Shown here in pieces: positions 12,846 through 27,214 of a DNA stretch of 64,000 nucleotides. Position numbers and translations under genes: made by a program. Within the stretch, counting starts at the first letter, position 1. Every line of letters begins with the position of its first letter. This DNA comes from Eledone cirrhosa (Eukaryota), in the NCBI GenBank assembly GCA_964016885.1, contig OZ024740.1, positions 396,428,001 through 396,492,000 on the forward strand, given 5' to 3'. Below the pieces are notes generated by a model that was not told the origin of the DNA, ran no database searches, and saw only the letters and a list, made by a program, of their open reading frames with translations.

Positions 12846-15800
12846 CATATATGTATACACACACACACACACATACATACATGCATGCATGCATACAATC
12901 ATACATACTTTCATCCATACATACATACATACATACAAATATAACGTGTTTCTTGACAACTACTCATATGTGGTGTGACAATCACATTTAATTGTATTTT
13001 TATTGATTTTTAGCTAGAATTTATCAAAGCATAAGGAAAGAGACCATTAAATTAGATACTTAGATTTGAATGGGCAGACTAAAAAAGCTGCTCACTAAAA
13101 AGAAAGAAACCTCAAGTTTAATTGAAATATGATAGCTAAGTTAGTGTTACATACCCAATACGGTACACATTAAAAAGATAACCAGAAATAATTATGCTAT
13201 TAGGAAAAACACTATCACTTAATGATTCACGTTATTTTCATTTTCGCGGTAAGTATAGAAGACAATTCTGTATACACCATAGTCTTATTCTGACTTTATC
13301 AGAGAAGCATAGCTTTCAATGTATGATGATGATGATGATGATGATGGTGGTGGTGTTTCCATTTAGCTATTTTCATGCTCCTTGCATTGATTAAAAGTAC
13401 ATTAATGACATCTTAGTGGGTTTTGATTTTGTTCATTTTTTTTTTTAGAACTAATATGATATAGGTTTTTTTTTCTTCCTGAATGTGAGTAAGTCTATGT
13501 GCATATGCGTTTTCTTTTACTATTTAGGGGAGAAGGGTAGTGTCCATGACCTCTGATAGTGCCTCCTGGCAGGGAGAGAGGAAGGTATCCTCAAGTTGTG
13601 TACTCAACTAAAAGCAACAACCAAAGGCTATATGGTGGTGGCAGCATTAAACTGGGTGATGGATTCTGTCAACTATCTAAATAGGCTCCAGCAAGATTTG
13701 AACTCAGAATGCAAAGCTAGAGCAAATACTGCAAGGTATTTTGTGCAATGCTTTTACAATTCTGATAATCAATTGCACTGGACTGGTACTAAATTTTATC
13801 AACTATAAAAGGTTAAATTGACTGTTATGGGATTTGAACTCAGAATGCAGAGAGCCAGAACAAATATTGCCAAGTATTTGTATGTGTATAGATAACTATG
13901 TAATTTGATCTATATCTTATTTTGAAGTAGGTATCTGAGAAAATATGGATTTTTATTAGTTGTGAACCAGTTTATGTGTTTCATGCAGACATTGACCTGC
14001 AAATGTTTAAACTAGGAAGAATCTATAAATGTTATGGGCACTACTCTCCCTCACCTGACTAAATTAAAAACAACAAACAAAGCAAAACAAAAAGTGGTCG
14101 GAATTGAAAAATCATTTTTATATAAGAAATATTATAATAACTAAGTGAAATAATGGTATAGATTTAATTATATAGTCATCTTTATTTTCCATATACTGTG
14201 AGAGAGAGAGAGTGAGGCATGTAGTGAGACATAGAGAGGGGAGAGAATTTGGTGGTCTAGGGAAGGAGGGGGATTGTGAGCGAGAGTGAGGCATGTAGTC
14301 GGATATAGAGAGTATTTGGTTTAGTGAGAGAGGGAATTAAGAGAGTGAGTAATGTAGTGGAATATAGAGAGAGGGGAAAGGATTTGGTGGTCTAGTGAGT
14401 AGAATAGGGAACTGAGAAAGTCTAGCATAGTTGGTATATCATCATCATCATCATTTTATGCCCGTTTTTACATGCTTGCATGGGTCGGATATTGTACAAA
14501 AAAAGACTTGTCAGCCATTTCCAGATACATGCATGAGTGATATGGTCATCCTCAATATAGATGGACAAGTGAAGGCACAGTGGCCTTTGCTCTTCTGGGT
14601 TGGCTGGTCTGCTGACAGCTTCATTCAGGCATTTCTGACTTACTAGTCTTTCTCTTCCTTTCATCATCCATATTGTGTCTATCACAGGGTTCACACTAAC
14701 CCCTATGCCTGATTGATACTGCACCTCCTTCCTTGACTAAATATCATCATTTAATGTTAGTTTTCCCTGCTAGCAGGTGGCACCAGTACATGAGAGGTTA
14801 CAGTGTCATGACTGGAGGCTCCACTTGTAGCATGGTTTCTATGACTGTAAGTACTTCCTGTTCTAGGCACGTTTTATCATGGCACCAGCATTAGGGAGGT
14901 TGTTGGTAATAGACTTGGTTGGAGGGCCCACTCCACCCAATGGGGTGGGAATACTATGAATGGGTTGGTGGGTAGGTGACAAGAGATAGTGGGGAGTAAT
15001 AAGTTCGATGTCATGGGTGTATGACAAATGTGTGGGGTTCAAGTGTTGATGTGGAGAAGAGATGGAGTGAGAAATTATATCGTGTGTAAGACAGATGTGG
15101 TCGAGTTTGACAGAGGGGATGAGAGGATGGGGATGGGTGAGGATAATGTAATCAACTATACCCTATAAAAGCAGTGCTCCAGCATGGCCAGAGTCTAGTG
15201 ATTGGATCCAATAAAAGAATACAATAATTGATTCAGTACTGATTCCCTTGTAGTCATTTTAAAGGAAAATCTTTATTCACTAATTCACTATATATATATA
15301 TTACGCATCGAATTACAAACATTAAATACATATTTGTAATTCTAATGAAATCATATCTAGTTCTATTTACCTGCTAAAGAAATAACATAGACACTGGTGA
15401 GAGAAATATCTAATTTCCTCTGGCATACTTTTTCTATCATTAAGTTTACAAATAAGAATGGTTGACCAACTTTCAGACATGTCTTTCATTTGCCAGAATT
15501 AGTTAATATGACCAGCAAGTTAAATAGTAATTAGTTAACCAAATTACAGCTAGTAGTGGTTTTACATCAAGTAATAAAGAAGAACAGTTAATAAGTAGGT
15601 AGAGGTAGGTATAGTAATTAGTTAACAAGATCCAATGATTTAATGATTCAAAAGATTTTTGTTTTATTTTCTAGAAGAAAAAAAAAATTGAATAAAAATA
15701 CTGACAACATAAATATATGGTTTTGGTAGGGACAACCAAAATATTAGTATTTATAACTTATTGTAGATTTTTGATGAGGTTTGGATTATGTTTGTCACAG

Positions 15801-15954
15801 TAGTCAAAAGAATTAGGGCACCAAAACTATGGAGTTACAGATAAATATCTTCCAAAAATGTATGCTTACTCTGTGAAAAAAACCCAAAAAAAAACCAATA
15901 ACATTAAGTTCACAAATTTGAAAAAGTAGAGTTGTTCCAATGCAAATAACTTTA

Positions 15955-16120
15955 ATGATTTCTACTATAGGCACAAGGCCAGCAATTCGGGGAGAGGGGA
16001 AAGTTGATTAAATCGACCTCAGTGCATTACTGGTACTTTATTTTATCGACCCCATAAGGATGAAAGGCAAAGCTAAGCTTGGCGGGATTTGAACACAGAA
16101 CGTAAAGGGCCGTAACTCTA
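15955..16120 (-). mobile_element. SINE family A, partial copy
   Basis: Reverse complement of the Nin-like core (ctggtactttattttatcgaccccataaggatgaaaggc). Confidence 0.85.
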
Positions 16121-16504
16121 TGAATGCAAATAACTATAATAATAGTTGATCACTATAAAAGATAATTGGAAGATATAGATGGAAAACATTGGACAGCAAT
16201 GCCTGCAAGGAATCAAACCGCATATTTCTCTTATGTCAGGTCATCATGTTTAATTATTATAGTTATCTAAATTGGGGAGACTATATTTTCAAATTTCAAA
16301 TAGTTGAATCCTTCATAAGTCAACTAGATGTTTACACTTCTAGCTTCACACTTAAATCTTCTAAAAATACCCTTTGTCATAATGGTTAAACACACACACC
16401 CAGCATATGAGAGGTGTGTGGTTTGATTACCCTCTCTAAACACTTTCTGTTTCCAGGGTACTTTGCCTGATTTTTTTCAACTATCATTTATAGTTATCAA
16501 CTAT

Positions 16505-16950
16505 TGTGGATTGGCAGTATCGGTAGAGTGTTGGACACCATGCTTCGCGACATAGAGTTACGGCCCTTTACGTTCTGAGTTCAAATCCTGCCACGGTTAG
16601 CTTTGCCTTTCATCCTATTGGAGGTCAATAAAATAAAGCACCAGTAATGCTCTGGGGTTGATTTAATCGATTTTCCCCTCCCCTCAAATTGTTGGCCTTG
16701 TGCCTAAATAAGAAATCATTATTATAAGGCGGTGGATTGGCAGTATCGGTAGAGGGTCGGACTCCATGCGTTGCAACATGGAGTTACGGCCCTTTACGAT
16801 CTGAGTTCAAATGCCGCCGAGGTTAACTTTGCCTTTCATCTTTACGGGGTCGATAAAATAAAATACCAGTCATGCATTGGGGTCGATTTAATCGACTTTC
16901 CCTGCCCCCAAAATTGTTGGCCTTGTGCCTATATAAGAAACCATTATTAT
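16505..16950 (+). mobile_element. Two tandem SINE family A copies
   Basis: Two consecutive head+core+tail units starting at ~16505 and ~16728. Confidence 0.85.
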
Positions 16951-17087
16951 AATTATTTACCTTGGGATGTTGATATTTTCAAATTTTAAATTTCCCAATG
17001 CTTCATAAGGTGATGATTAAATACATAATTTTATAAAAAAAAATTGTATTTCAATATAAAGAACAAATCAAAATATATTATAACAAT

Positions 17088-17415
17088 GGAGGCACATGGC
17101 TTAGTGGTTAGAGCATTGGCTTTGCAATCGAAAGGTTGTGAGTTCAATTCTCAGACCGGGTGATGTGTTGTTTCCTTGAGCAAGACACTTTATTTCACGT
17201 TGCTCCAGTTTACTCAGTTGTAGAAATGAGATTATAGGGACTGGGATCCCTATCATTCGTGGAGGTGCCACGGCAAAAAAGCACCCAGCACTCACTGTAA
17301 ATGAGGTTGGTGTTAGGAAGGGCATCCAGCTGTAGAAATCAAGCCAGAATCAGTTCCCGTCCCACCCTTGCAAGCAGGGAAAAGTGGACGTAAAATGAAA
17401 TGATGAAATGATGAA
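17088..17415 (+). mobile_element. SINE family B, complete copy
   Basis: tRNA-like head, cttgagcaagacacttt domain and tail gttggtgttaggaagggcatccagctgtag...acgtaaaatgaaatgatg shared with the RTE 3'UTR. Confidence 0.9.
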
Positions 17416-17489
17416 TATTTTGTCAATATGTGACATAAAAAATATACGAACTGTGACCTACTTGATCTTAAAAAAAAATTATATGATTA

Positions 17490-19717
17490 TCCATATATAT
17501 AAAATAACTTATTTGTTTGTTTGTCTCCTATGTACTTTAAAACCAGTAGACCAATCCTGGCATGTGAATTCCTTAGACTCAGGATTAGGTTTTCCTCATA
17601 CTTGGACTTATATTCATTTGTTTATATGTTTGTTTGTCTGTTTGTCAATCTGTGGTAACAGTGGTCATTGTGAGTTATCGTCTTCACTACAATGGCATGT
17701 GATGGAAAATAGAGAGAATAAAGAAATGAGAATTTGAGAGAAAGTCAGCACACATGAAATTAAATAAGCAAGTAACTTAACAATGCATGAACGAGTAGAG
17801 AAAGAAACAGATATAAAGAAAGTGAGTGACACGCGTTCTGCTGCCCAGCTCTCCTGAGTTTCTTACCACTATCCTCTTCATATCTTTCCTGTGTGTGTGT
17901 ATATATGCCATATCTTCATATAAAGTTCCATGTGTATATGTGTGTGTATTAGCCTCTCATTAAATTTTGAGTTCTTTATTTGATTTATGGAAACACTACT
18001 AAAAATAACACTTGTAATAAAAAAAACCTGTAATATTTTTTTGCATATTCATTTTTGTTAGTTTTTTGTTAGAAGCTGCAAGTAAAAAATGCCCCCGAAG
18101 AATAGACCTTTATTTGGAAGAAACTCACATAGAACTAAGGCAAAGCAGCAACAAAGGGAAAATGAAAGTGAAGAGCAGCTACAAGAAAGACTCCAAAAAC
18201 AAAGAAAAACAACAGCAAAATATAGGCAAAATGAATCAGAAGAACAGATAAAAAAGGCTTGCTAATGATAGCACAAGGAAAGAAACTATTCATCAAAAGG
18301 AATTAGATGTACAAAACTGCAGTACAAAACAGAGAGGATGAATCAGATGCACAAAGATCACCAAGGCTTCAACAACAAAAATGAGAAGTGCACAGAATAG
18401 ACAGGATGAATCTGAGGAACAGAGATCAAAAAGGTTTGCTGAAGATAAAACAATAGAAACAACTATTCATCAAGGGGAATCAGATGTAACAAATCATCAT
18501 GGCAGCAAATGGAGAGAGATAGAGCAGCTCAAAGGTGGCAACAAGAAACTGAAGCTCAAACAACTGAAAGGCTAAGTGTGCAGAGAGCAAGAACAGAAGA
18601 TTTACGATTTAAAAAGGTTTGAGTGGAACTTTGCTGCTTTTAGTTACAATCCACATCAAGACTATGCCTCAGAACCTTTAATTCGAATTTCCTCAATGAA
18701 CAAAATTTGTGCAAATTGTGGTGCTAAAGAATGGAATGGTGAATCAACTGGATTGTGCTGTCTAAATGGAAAGATTAAGTTTAAACTATTACTTGAATCA
18801 TCAGAACCCTTGAGGGGACTGCTAATTGGTAAAACTACTGAATCAAGACACTTCCTTCAAAATATCAAAAAGTACAATGACATAATTTGCTGCAAATGTC
18901 GTCCATGAAGGTAGCTTTATACCCACTTTCAAGATCCAAGGGCAATTGTGAAGGGGAGTTTTATTTGTTATGGAAGAAATGACGAACATGACAAATACCA
19001 ACAATTCTGGTTGAATATATATCTTTATTTCACTTCAGCAAAAAGAAAAAAAAATATGATTACTTTGAATTGTAAATATAAAGTTTGATTATAGTGTTCA
19101 CAAATAAATATAGTCTTCAATAAGGTTGTGTTAGGGTCTCTTTATTTACCATGGGATGTTCCCTTAAAAACTGACAAGTTGTAGTCAGACAGTATGTACT
19201 GGCAAAGGTAGTAGTAAACTCTTATATGTTGAGGTTGTGTTGTACAAGTGACGTGGCAGTGAACTGAGTGAATTAGGACCACAGGATTGCCTATTTATAA
19301 TGACCGCTAGTTAATTTTTAATAGATAACAGATGACTCTAGAATATCTTCTCCTTCCTACAACTGGTGCTGTAAATCCTACCATTGTCTTCTCTGCGAGG
19401 TCGCAGGTCACTCACTTGGTGGCTGTGTCTGTAAGGGAAAAGAAAACACAATGGGAAAATATTTCTTATGCTACCATAGAAACCACTTTCAGAAGAAGAA
19501 CCAAAATATTTACAACTGTATTTCATCAGTGATATGAAAACCCAAGCACAGACATGATATGAACGGAGTAAAGAAACAAAGTATGAAATCATATTTCAAT
19601 TAAGACATGTTACATACAAGAAACAGTTATATTAGCAGTTTCTAATATACCCTACAAAAAGTTTTGAATGAAATTTCATTATTTTCTTAACTGGACAATG
19701 CTGGGTACTTCTGCTAG
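17490..19717 (+). mobile_element. Internally deleted Helitron with both termini
   Basis: 5' end A|TCcatatatataaaa. The decayed ORF has charged repeats, then CANCGAKEWNGESTGLCCLNGK...SRHFLQNIKKYN...FIPTFKIQGQ, typical of Helitron RepHel N-termini. The 3' end is a degenerate hairpin ctggacaatgctgg followed by CTAG|T at 19714-19718. Confidence 0.8.
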
Positions 19718-21931
19718 TAGTTATATATAATTTCTCCTTAACAACAGAGTATTAATTCATTATTCAGAAGTATGTTAGTTGAATAATAATGCAGCTCTGA
19801 CAATGGATATTCAATAAATCTATAATTTTCTTTACTTTTGGTATACCATATCCAGCTGATAAGGTCTATGAACTGAAGTTACCTAGGCTTTATGGCTGAC
19901 TGGTTGTGGCATTCAGTGAATCTACTACATCAATAAGCACTTCATGTATTCTGTTAATATCCTTGGATAAAAACAAACAAAAAACACATTAGAATACCAC
20001 AATATTTCAAAATGTCTCGGTTTACAACCTCATATCAAAACATCATATATTTTTCTCACCCATAAACCTGTGATTATTCAATCATAATTAAGATTGCATA
20101 AGTAGTAAGCCCTGAAATAAATACACTACAGTATTATGTTCTGGGATTCTTGATTTTTAGTTTAAATTCATCTGGGGCTGACTTTCACCCCTTTGGAATT
20201 GATAAAATAAGTACCAATAATATTCTAGTGTTCCAGAAAATTGTTTTTAAAACTAATTTAAAACTAAAGAAACCAATATTTAAAATCCACCACCACCATC
20301 ATCATCATCATCATCATTGCCATTGTCATCATTACCACCACCACTGCCATCATTTAACATGTTTTCCCTACAAACAAGAGTACTCAAGCAAAGCTATTGA
20401 CCTCATTTATGGCCAGGGGTGGGGATTGCCTTTTGCTTCTACCAAGTTCTCAGATAGGCCAGGAGTCAGTATCTTGCTCCCATATTTTTCTGAATGCATT
20501 TTATCATTGCACCAACAATATGGAGGTTATCATATCTTTGACACAACTGAAGACTCATCTCATATCCTGGTTTCTTTGGTAGGCATAGGAGAAGGTAAAT
20601 AAGATTGACTTTTATGAAGGAGTGGCAATATTTGAGAATCAAAACTAGGTCACAGATATTGTTGGCTTTCCGGAAACTTATCTCTACTCTACAGCACTAA
20701 CTGCAAATAAACTATCAATAGTATCAGGAGACCCTAATAATTGTAAATAAGAAGCCTATTATTGTGGCATATTGAGACTGGGTCTTTGAAGTCATCTGTC
20801 CATATTATTAGCAATATCTTTTAATTCTCTTCCCTGCCTAATACCAGAATATGAAGTTATTGCAGATGAGGTGTATTAACCATCTTGTTCAATTAGCATA
20901 TAAACAAACCAATATGGACGGAGTGGGGGTTCTCAACAAGATCTCTTAATCTACTAGAAACAGCACTCCTTCAAACCACATCCTACCGTCTTAAAAAAAG
21001 GTTATGTAGGGTAAATTACATAGGGTAAGTATATTAAGACTGACAAAAAGATGGGATGATCATGACCAGAATGCCTTTGGTCATAGGTCAGCTGGATCAG
21101 GTTTGTCCTGGAGTTAAACAACAAAAAGAACCAGCATATAAATCGAACCAACAAGAAAGCCTTTTGCAGTTGCTTGAGTTACTAGAAATTACAGCAAAAT
21201 AATCTCCTTTAAATCATGCCTTGCCATCTTAAATCAAGAAGGATACATTAGACAATATAATCCCTAAAACACAAAATTAATGATCACAGTTGGTTCATTT
21301 TTGACTGTAGGTTCACTCAGTCAGCACTGCCCTGGAGAAAAACAACATTGACAACCATTATACAAGTTACAATGTATACATTTTTTGAATGCAGTCAATC
21401 ACTTCAATAGTTAAAACTATATTCAATTAGAGAAGTCATTCTGACATGAATTCTGTATCAGGCAATTTTTTTATATTGATTTCAACAATAGAATGGTTGT
21501 ACCTATTTAGAATGTAGCAAATCAAAATGATTGGTAGTTAGTTTTATCTCCCATACCATCAAGAACACCAGGCTTGATGCATACGCCTCAGGTCTAGTCA
21601 TTATTTCATGTAGGCCTTTTCTTCCACTGCTACAGTCACCTTTTCTCCTTGAGACTAGTTGATCTCATGACATCTCTATTCAAGCACTCCTGACTCACTT
21701 GCCTCTCCTTTTCTCATCACCCTTATTGCCTCTCCAACTCCACACTAACCACCATGTCAAATTCTTCTTCTCTAGATTGTTGGCCAATTGGGACCCTACC
21801 CCCATTGCACATGTTTGCAGCCAACAACTTGCAACCTTTTAAGAAGAATGTTTACTATGTCAATCTCACCAGTCTCAAGGAATATGTAAAAGCCTCAGGT
21901 TGCACCCATTCCTTCAGACAAAACTAATAAT

Positions 21932-22145
21932 GATTTCTTATTTAGACACAAGATCAACAATTTGTAGGAAGGGAAAGTTGATTATATTGACCCTATACAT
22001 GACTAGTACTTTATTTTATCAACCTCGAAAGGATGAAAAGCAAAATTGACCTCATAGTGATTTGAACTCAGAATGCAAAGAGTCAGAATAAATACTGCAA
22101 TGGCATTTTATCGGGTGTTCTATCAATACTGCCAAATCACCACCC
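21932..22145 (-). mobile_element. Old SINE family A-related copy
   Basis: Diverged reverse-strand Nin-like core (actttattttatcaacctcgaaaggatgaaaagc) and B-box (gatttgaactc). Confidence 0.7.
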
Positions 22146-23859
22146 TAAACCAAACTAATAATGAAAAAGTTATCCAACTTCTAAATATGAGAGGAAAGTC
22201 TTCATAAAAAATTGTTTCACAAAATAAGTACACAAAGATGATATACTTCAAAGCAAGAAAATAATTTTACTCATATCAGTTGTTGACACTGCAAAACTCA
22301 AGTAAGATCTACAAGTGTGTTAATATACACATAAATATCCTAGACTGATTGATCCCCCCCAAAAAACCATCCAACTGATTAAGAAAGAATCCCTTACCAA
22401 CACACTACAATCTCTAGCTCACAGACATGCTATCTCCTCCCTCTACTTATTCTACCACTCCTACAATGACCTCTGCTCATCAGAACTAGTTAGTTGCCTA
22501 CCACTTTCATATAAGCCTACTCGACACATCCATCCTCCCATTACTCCAATTGTCTCCCACTGCCCAAACCCCACTCTTGACCTAATTCTTCCTTCACAGA
22601 GCATCAACATTATGAATTTTTCTTCCTGCTTATGTTTTTTTTTCCACCGACTTACAGATGTTCAATCTCACCAATCTTAAAGGACCTGAAAAAATCATGG
22701 GCATTGCCTTGCTCCCTAACTAACATATATATAAAAAAAAATAAACAATAAAATAAAGATATTCAAAAGGAAACACCCATGCACATGAAAAGGCCACAGT
22801 CTGTTGATGCAGCAAGCTGCAACTTACAAAGTTCATGCTATATGTTCAGTCACTCTGAAACATTCTGACATGACAACTACAACACTCCAGAATAACACCA
22901 GCCTAAAAATACTCTTCCGCCCACTCAATCTAGACAAACAAAAATAAACACATATACATAAAGATAGCAACCTCATTAACTTAAACACATAGCTTCAATG
23001 TATATCACCAGACATAAAAATAGAAGAATAAAAACTATTGAATTTTTGCAGAATTCACATTGCCTGCTTTTGCTATGGTCACTGCCAAAATCTACATGTA
23101 TACAGCATGAGCCAACAGCAAAGGCTAATTCAAACCACATTGGACTGTCTTAAAATAAAAAGAACACATTAGAAAATGCAATCTAGAGTATTGCTGGGGA
23201 AGAAAAAAAGAAAGAAAGAAAGAAAATGACAAGATAGTCATGGTTTGAATGCATTTTGATCAGTGCTGATATGGAGCTAAACAATGACAACAACTATACA
23301 GGAACAGGTTTGACACTGGTGAAATGTAACATACTCAAACTGCTACACTACGTCCCATACAATACACTTATGTATGTAGTGTGGTCCTCAGAACAGTGGT
23401 GATACTGTATATTCTTCTCTTAGACAGTTCTCTACTGTGTTGCACATTGAGCTGTTGATTTTTGCTTTGCAGGCTCTGAAATCTTACAGACAAAAGTTAT
23501 AGACAAATTATTATTTAAAATGAAATAGGAAGTTATAGAGTTTTAATATATCGGACTAGATAGAGCGTGACAGCCCATCTGGCAAAGGTAGACATGGAAG
23601 AAGTAGATGTCTAATGACTATATAAATGTATTCCCCACCATCCATATTCCTGATACACCTTTCCTGTCCAGCCATGCATGCACGGAAAATGAATTAGTCA
23701 AGTTTCATTATAGCTTTTCATGGGCAAAGAAAGCCAGGTGAATGGGGACATGGCGTTAAGAATCCAAGGGAGACAACTTAGAAACGAATATTATAGAATG
23801 AGGCCCCTTAGAGTAGGTCACTTTTTTTAATTTTTATCTTGAATACGTTTTGACCGTTA

Positions 23860-24150
23860 TTTGGCGATGAAAACAAGAATTGCCCTGGTCTCATTTGCCA
23901 TGATGAAGCTAAACATCACATAGAAAAGTAATTCCACCAGTTTTCTCATGAAACTCAAACTATACAATTGGGGACTTCAATTCTTCTATATGGGTACAAA
24001 AGCTGGACAACCAGCATAGAACAAAAAATCCAGTCGTTTAGGCACAAATGTTTCAGACAGCTGTTATGCATTTCATACACATAGTACAAGACAAACAGCT
24101 TTGTTAGGCAACAAGTCACCAATATGCCTGAAAGCAGGAACGCCTTCTTG
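23860..24150 (+). mobile_element. Old RTE-type LINE fragment (post-RT region)
   Basis: Broken frames read MKLKLY, ILLYGYKSWTT, KIQSFRHKCFRQLLCISY and KTNSFVRQQV. Confidence 0.6.
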
Positions 24151-25788
24151 CAGCAATGAAAAAATGAGCACTTGTCTATTATTATTATGAACATGCATCC
24201 TACCATGACTCACTTTTTTTTTTTTAAGTAGTGGGAAAGGATTTGTGAGAAATTTGACTGCTATTTCTAGTAGGTCAAGTAACTGCATAAATGCTCCCTC
24301 ATAGCCTTGCGTTGTTATTTTCTAAAAAAAGGGGGTGGGAAATGGTAACCTTCACGTGGTCCACCCTGTACGGAATTCATTTCAATTAATGCCATTGTTC
24401 GATATATCTATATGACTAATTGTTCAAAACCCTTCTCCAGGGTTCAATTGAAGGAGGGTGAAGAAGAGGTAGACAAAGACAATCCTAGCCCAACAACACC
24501 AAGATCTGTGTATGACAGCCAGAACATTTACAGTGGTACCTGAATGATTGGTTGCTCTATATAATTATGATGACGATGATGATGATTACTTAAGGGAATC
24601 AGAATTGATCACTTTTGTAGCTTTTACTGAATCGTGGTGTTTGTATTTAAACTGAACAATGCAATTTGATTCTCAGCAACTGTTTCTTGAAATAACAATA
24701 AGTCTGCTTGATCAGGGATGACCTAAGGTTAAACAATAGCAATGATAAAATAATAACACAAGGCTATAAAGAAGCATTTATGCAGTTACTTGACCTATTA
24801 GAAATAGCAGTTGAATTTCTCTCAAATCCTTTCCCACTACTTTAAAAAAAGAAGTATACATTGGGTAATGTAGTCTTAGCTACCCCTGAAAATACAGGAT
24901 AGCAAAGCTGAAATGTCTTTGATTATTTGTCTTCACAACTGGAATTCACTCAGGGCTAAACAACAACATAACAACATAATAACATAACAATGCTCTAACT
25001 TCCACAACTACATCCATCATGAACAAATATACAAACCTGGCATCTTTAAAAGTCAAATTGAATCATCTTTTTTCATATGGTTTTGTTGCATTTCAAAGAT
25101 TCACATTTATTTACAGCAGACTATTATGTTGGTTTCAGAGAATTTGAAATTGTTTCTCAAAATTTTATGTCATTCTCTAGATTGCACATAAGTTCTCAGC
25201 ATTGCTACATGGGAATATTTAGCAGAGATTTATGATTCCCAGTATTTCACAATATCTTACACTATTTTATTACTTCTCTTAATATTTCACAGCAACTGAC
25301 AATGTCTGACAGCATTTAAGTGTTACACAGCTTCTGATATTACATTTCATTATTAGATACTTGGCATTATCATATATCAGTTCACCGTCTAGCAGTAGTT
25401 GACAGCATTTAATGTTTTTTGTTGTTGTTTTTTTTCTTCACATTTCATCCCAGGGTTTTATAGCAGTTGTTTTATTTCATGGGAAGACTTACTTAAACTG
25501 AACACTGCAAGTTACAAAGACAATAATTAATTAGACTGAGGTGTTTCAGCTTACACTAACCTGTACCACAGTATGGCACCTATTAAGCTGTATCACATAC
25601 TAAATTAGGAGGGTTAAGTGTTGTTGACATGTTGATCATCCAGCTTGTGTCTCATCTAGGTGTAACACCACAGACAATGTAAAATGAAGCCAACAAAGCA
25701 TTGGACAATTTAGTTCTAATTATATAAAGATAGGATGGTTAAGGCTTGAATGGATTCTGATCATAGGTTAATTTAATCAGGCAGGAAC

Positions 25789-26508
25789 TTAAACAATGCG
25801 TAGCCAACACCATGGTGTCACAACAGTGATAAAATACAAACCTACAACTTTTAGTCTAAAAGAACATCATTAATCATTGATCTTTGTGAGTTGTCTGAGA
25901 TCTGTTGGAGATATATTTATTGAGAACAATATTATTAGAGACAAATCTATAAGAAACCTTATAACATACTGTAATTTTATAGTTTGACAGTAAATCATAG
26001 CAAATTAATGGTAGTGATTGGCATCACTTAAGTATTGGATCAGCAAACTTCTTCCCGAATTTTGTTACCCAGACACTTAAATTCTTAATGCTATTTTCAG
26101 GCAGATTTAACATGTTACTGCATGTGACATGGCTGACCCTTTGAGCAACTGGTACAGTCTATCTGTTAGGCTTCCCCATAGTTTCTGGTAACTGACTTTT
26201 ATTCACAAGGCTTGAGTTGGTCCAATGTTGCAGTAAACAAATACTTGCCTAAGGTGTTGCACTGTGAGATCTAACATTTAAACCATTTGGCTTTACATGT
26301 AGCCATACATTTCAGGTTATAACTTGTCACAAGTATTATGCTTTATTCAACAAACTATGGCATTATTCACTACCAAACTCACTGATATGAATAATTATAA
26401 AATCAATCTCCATTGTAGTGATATGTTTCATAGTTTTAACTGATACATATAAACCTGATATGATCACTATTTTAAATCATTCAATTTTATTTCTAGTAGA
26501 ACTATTTT
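25789..26508 (+). repeat. Copy 1 of a ~0.7-kb local direct duplication
   Basis: Nearly identical to 31239-31945 over the first ~580 bp (one ~15-bp indel), diverging toward the right end. Confidence 0.9.
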
Positions 26509-27214
26509 GTGACAAAAATACTGTTTTTAAGTTCAAATTTTGCTGGAGATAAATTGATATATTTGAAACAGAATGCATGCACTGTAGTGTAAAAAATAAA
26601 TTTCTAGCAACATAATTTTAGTCCTTGGAGGATGCTATGTCACTTCACTTCTTTTCAAGCTCTTAACTGCTGTCATTATTCATAAAAGCTATTTTATATA
26701 ACTATTCTAACAGTAAATATTGACAATGAGTGAATCAAGTCAGGTTTACAGCTGCTTGCAACACTCTTAATAGATGCCATATATAATGACTGTAGCCATG
26801 AATTAACATATTTTTATACAGAACTTGCTAAGGGAGTCTATTGTTAAATATTTGATTGATATTTATGGGTGTAGGCATGGCTGAGTGGTTAAGAAGTTTG
26901 TTTTGCAATAAGATTTTAGATTCTATCTCACAGCATGCCCTCTTGAGCAAGTCTCTTTTATCATAGTTTGTGATTGACCAAACTCTTGTGAGTGGAATTA
27001 AATAAATATTTATGCTAGAGTATAGCATATATTAGATTTAAGATAAATTTAATGTGGATATGACTGCAGATTTGAATTAGAAGCCTTGCTATACTATTCC
27101 CTCTGTACACAAAAAAACATAATAGTCTACGCATTTCAAAGATTATTGTCTCCTCATCAGAAGATAAGCACACCAATGATTTTGTCTAGAGAGTATTTTT
27201 ATAACTTCTCTACA

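Noticed and set aside
17088-17160. tRNA gene candidates at SINE heads
   Set aside because: A and B boxes are present but there is no complete cloverleaf, and each continues into a SINE body.
20150-20602. 150-aa ORF with poly-His
   Set aside because: It is a (CAT/CAC)n microsatellite plus decayed SINE pieces.
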